Under the pieces are notes generated by a model that was not told the DNA's origin, searched no databases, and saw nothing but the letters and a program-made list of their open reading frames with translations. A DNA stretch of 64,000 nt from Bugula neritina (Eukaryota; Animalia; Bryozoa), in assembly GCA_964035545.1 (NCBI GenBank), contig OZ037772.1, forward strand, positions 4,654,233 to 4,718,232. Direction: 5' to 3'. Below are positions 60,012 through 64,000 of the stretch, piece after piece (within the stretch, counting starts at the first letter, position 1; the number at the start of each line of letters is the position of its first letter). A program made the position numbers and the translations under genes.

Positions 60012-60460
60012 AAGTTGCGTTTATACCTTCACGATTTTCGGTCAAAATTTCAATTTGGCCGGGTTGAAATTTCTCCGAGTTGCATTGCATTGTAAAAGCC
60101 ACTCGTTGAAATTTTTGTACTGTGATAACTTAATCGGCCAATTTTAGAATAGGAGTAATAACTCCTTGTAAACATCGTTATTTAGTTATCACTTTGGCGA
60201 TTAGACAACGTACTTATACGGTTATAATTATATAGCCTACGCCTTCTCAATTATCGCTTTTATGCTTTCCGCTTCACTAATTCACGACGTTTACAATGGG
60301 CATCAAATAGCTATTATGCGAGTCAAATTTCAATTTCAGAAAGTGAGCAACTGCATCAATATGATTTCAACGAGTTTAAGTTTGACTATAAAGGGGTACC
60401 CGGACAAGCGTTATTAACTTAAACTCGGTACTTTTTTCAGCAGAGGTATAAACGCAACTT
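60012..60460. mobile_element. TIR MITE, possibly Kolobok-type
   Basis: Perfect 17-bp TIR AAGTTGCGTTTATACCT/AGGTATAAACGCAACTT in a TTAA-like context. A second copy starts at 50278. Confidence 0.8.
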
Positions 60461-60814
60461 AAAGCCGTTCCACGACAACCAGTGCTTTGCTGGCTTAACA
60501 AAAACAGCTTGCAAGAATAATCAGTGCAACTTTTCACTTGGGACTGAGCAATTCCATATATAATCTTATATTAAGTTGAGTGCATTTTAGGGCTAACATT
60601 TCGATTTGCTAGAAGATGTATCTTGCACATGTATGCAGCTAAATTTTGCGCTGCAACAACTCGGTTTGTAAAGTAGAGGGATTCCTGTGATGAGAACAAA
60701 GCTGATCATTTTACTAGTGCAGCCATTCACTGCGTAAGAAAATAACCTTTTAGTAAATTGGAATTTTTGCTCTGCAGTCACCTAAACATACTGCAGTGTT
60801 GAGTTAACCCAGCT

Positions 60815-60888
60815 GCCCTTATGGTGTAATGGTTTATTGCACCTTCTTGCAAGCCGGAGGTCGGTGGTTGGAATCCAGGTGGAGGGCA
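60815..60888 (+). mobile_element. tRNA-derived (SINE-like/pseudo-tRNA) cassette
   Basis: GCCCTTATGGTGTAATGG (box A)...GGTTGGAATCC (box B)...GGAGGGCA followed by TTTTT. The anticodon and T stems do not pair properly, so this is not a true tRNA. Confidence 0.65.
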
Positions 60889-62048
60889 ACATTTTTACAC
60901 CCACTTTTGATTACTCAGTCCCAAATGAATTGCTGCACTGACTGCTGCTTGCCTGTTGTTTAGTTATTGAACTGGCAGTATATTGATCGCCGTATGGAAA
61001 GTTGTAGTCTAGGACTATACAGTGTTTGCAAAATTTGTGTAAAAGTCATGAATAAATAACCTGCACATAGGAAATTATTAGTTTTGTTGGAGCTGTCAGA
61101 CTATGTTTACTTATTGCTGTGCGGTTCACAGAAAAAACAAGCCTTTCATTTGAAAAGAAAGAAATAAATTAGTTTACTCTCACTTTAGTAGAGAACAAAG
61201 GTTTACAAGATGAAAAATTTTGCAAATAAATTTGGATACAACATGGTGTTTTAGAAACATTCAACTTGCTTTTAATTGGTAGTATTTGACCACATAACAA
61301 TTACTAATCAATGAAGCAGTATAAAAGCTGCATGTGTACCAAAGTATTACGAGAACAATTTACATTGCTTGTACTAATTTTTGATTGATTCATCATAGCA
61401 ACATCATGGTTGGCTTTATCTAACAGCAAAAACCGTGAACAGCTACACACGGAAGAATTAAATTAGAGTTTGTAGTCAAATGCATTTTTGTCAAGCTACA
61501 GTTTCAACCAAACATATCATCAGAGTTGGCTTGCCAGTGACTGAATCTATTATACCAGATTATGTGATGATGACAACATTTATTTAAAATTACGTAGCAC
61601 AAAAAACTAATGCTGTGCTTAGCTCTGACAACAATTGTTTCTGGCAAATGAAAAAACAAATCAACAGCTAAAAGAAACAGATATATAAAAGCAAAACAAG
61701 CAGATCATATAATATAAGATTTTGTGTGAAATAAACTCTATATTATAATAAAAGCCCTAAAACCGACCTTCCCTATATTACATATATCATATATATATAC
61801 TTATCATAAAAAAGTAAAATTGGAAAAAGAAAAATATGGCCATTTTGCTCTTCTTCAGGAGAAAATACATAGTAAATTTTTACCTATTCATAACGCAGTA
61901 TTTTTTATAAGCAATCAAATCAAATTGCCTAGTTCCTAAAACATTTGTTATCTAGGCAAATCCTATACCAAATTTCGAGAACGTGCTATAACTAATGCGC
62001 TATATAATATATTATAGTAATAATACTTTCATCCAAAGGTGTCATATA

Positions 62049-63640
62049 TTAGTTAGCATCAACATGTTCAACAATTTCTAGTCCATGAATTTCTAACTCA
62101 TAGATGTTTAGATTAGCATTCACTTCAACAGCTGTTACTCTCACATATCTACCATACATTCTAGTATGACATGTAACCAGAAATATATCTGCAGGTGGTT
62201 GTCCAGGAAGGTAGTCACAGATCTCATCTTCTGGTGGATCATCAAAGTTAGTGTCAGTTTTACCAACTGTTACTCTCACATTGGCCAGTCTGTCATTGTT
62301 AACTATAAAATCAATTGACATATAAGGGACTTCAATAAACAAAGTCAAATAATTAGTGAAAAAAAACAGGATTTTTCACTATTCAAATAGCATATAATTA
62401 TTGTTAGTATTGCAATCATCTATAGTTTGCCATTGAACACACAAAAATTAACATAAAAATTTTTAAAGCAGACATGCAGAATGTAATTATATATAAACTG
62501 TAAGTCAAACACTTTTACTGACTCACATTGGCTTGCACTCTCAGATCTGTCCCATATTTTCACACCATTGATCAAATGATTGATGAGTAAGTCTATTTGC
62601 AACCATGGAGACAGCTCTTGCTGAGTGGCTAATAAACTTTCTTCTTCTCTCAAGCCAAAGTCAGATGGAATATAAATCCCATCAATAGCCTTGAGACCTG
62701 AAGAGTCTGCATCATATGTGCTACTCGTTGTAGCTATTTTACCTGAAAATCATCAGACAAGCAGAAATGATAACACCATATGAGGCGCTGGCATGCGTTG
62801 CATAGTTTTTACATAATTTTGTTTATGAAATTTGTGCTATAGAAGCTATCAACTTGTCTTATTACTACGCTAGCATTATTTCTAGCTTCTCTATATTTGT
62901 TTGTAAATGCTTATAGCTCAATTTAGAGTAATCGAATGACCCTCTTCACCTTTAGCAAGATTGGTAGAAGAGCCATAAACAGTCAGCTGCTCAGAGTACA
63001 TCTTCTTAACAGAACTCAGTCTACTAGTCTGCTCTGTGTTGATTATCACTTCTGGTTTATCAGACAGGAAACAGGTTGATGTATTCTTGTCATATGACAC
63101 AGCAACACATGACTGGTTACAGGAGCAGAGGGACAGACAGGATTCATGACTAGAAGTGATTCTATGTTGGTAGTTTGTTGTCACATCAGAAAAGTTCTGG
63201 GCTAGAAAAATATTCTCACCTAAAACAAATAAATATAACCAATATCAGCTGTGTTCTATTGATGCACATAATTGATTCATATATAATTAGTTTAATCTTC
63301 AATATTTTTCAATAAGCACCCACATTTCTTAAGTACACAAAATGAGGTTTATAATTACTATATAGCATTATCTTTTAAACAATTTAGGCAATTCTGCGCT
63401 TTAGAATTAACTATGAATTACATGTTATTTACTTGTGAATAAAGATATCTTTATAAAGTAAACCATATCTCCTGAGGTTCCTTCTTCCAGCTCCACTGGG
63501 GGCTCACTGAAAAGTCTACAGGTTTTGGTTGCTGGTTCAAAGACACCAGCTTGACACTGACTTTGGTGGAAGCTACACTGAGTCATACATTCTAGAGTAG
63601 AACGAGCTGCAATAAAACAATTTTTTTGCAAAGTTATAAC
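62049..63640 (-). CDS. PAN/apple, PAN/apple, F-type lectin (fucolectin-like) domain protein, 5'-partial
   Basis: Exons 63640-63433, 63219-62950, 62742-62527, 62302-62049, GT-AG with phases 1,1,1. PAN motifs ECMTQC...C...F...TKTCRL and SCLSLC...CVAVSY...TCFLS. F-type lectin motifs NLAKGKIATTSST...KAIDG...SPWLQIDL...GRYVRV...ELEIHG. Upstream exons lie beyond the window. Confidence 0.82.
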
Positions 63641-63752
63641 CTAAAGTATTTTCTATAATAGGAAGAAATTTAGCTGAAAATAGGAAGAATACAGCTTATA
63701 AGAAACATTATTGGTGTTAGAGAAAAAAAAATAAAACTAATTTTTTCACCGC

Positions 63753-63772
63753 CTATATATATATATATATTT

Positions 63773-63817
<45 letters not shown>

Positions 63818-63936
63818 TGTGTGTGTGTGTGTATATACACACACGAAAAATCTTCATCAATTGAGATAAATACAAGATTAGGCATTTAGTTGTGAGATGT
63901 ATTTACACATCTATTTTATCTAGAGTCTGATATTAC

Positions 63937-64000
<64 letters not shown>
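63753..64000. repeat. (TA)n and (GT)n microsatellites in an intron of the lectin gene
   Basis: Tracts at about 63753-63833 and 63940-64000. Confidence 0.9.

Noticed and set aside
60815-60888. Functional tRNA gene
   Set aside because: Box B is mutated (GGTTGGA), the stems mispair, and related degenerate copies occur elsewhere, so it is treated as a tRNA-derived repeat.

Overview
AT-rich eukaryotic DNA, probably from an invertebrate, with spliceosomal introns and many (TA)n microsatellites. Most of the window is a head-to-tail cluster of four apparently intact 7-coding-exon TRIM-like genes on the minus strand (RING, B-box, B-box, coiled coil, NHL-like beta-propeller; about 620 aa each). Their RING exons are almost identical while the propeller loops are highly variable. 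To the left of the cluster is a 3 x 271-bp tandem array in which each unit carries a complete type I hammerhead ribozyme (retrozyme/Penelope-associated type). To the right are a 3-exon gene missing from the ORF track that encodes an 85-aa signal-peptide-bearing, very Arg-rich peptide (candidate antimicrobial peptide), and the 3' part of a PAN-PAN-F-type lectin gene. Mobile DNA includes a rearranged Gypsy LTR element with an extra zinc-finger ORF, CR1/L2-type and RTE-type LINE relics, several nested MITEs, and tRNA-derived repeats. All gene models were read by hand from GT-AG sites and frame continuity; no database search or folding program was run.
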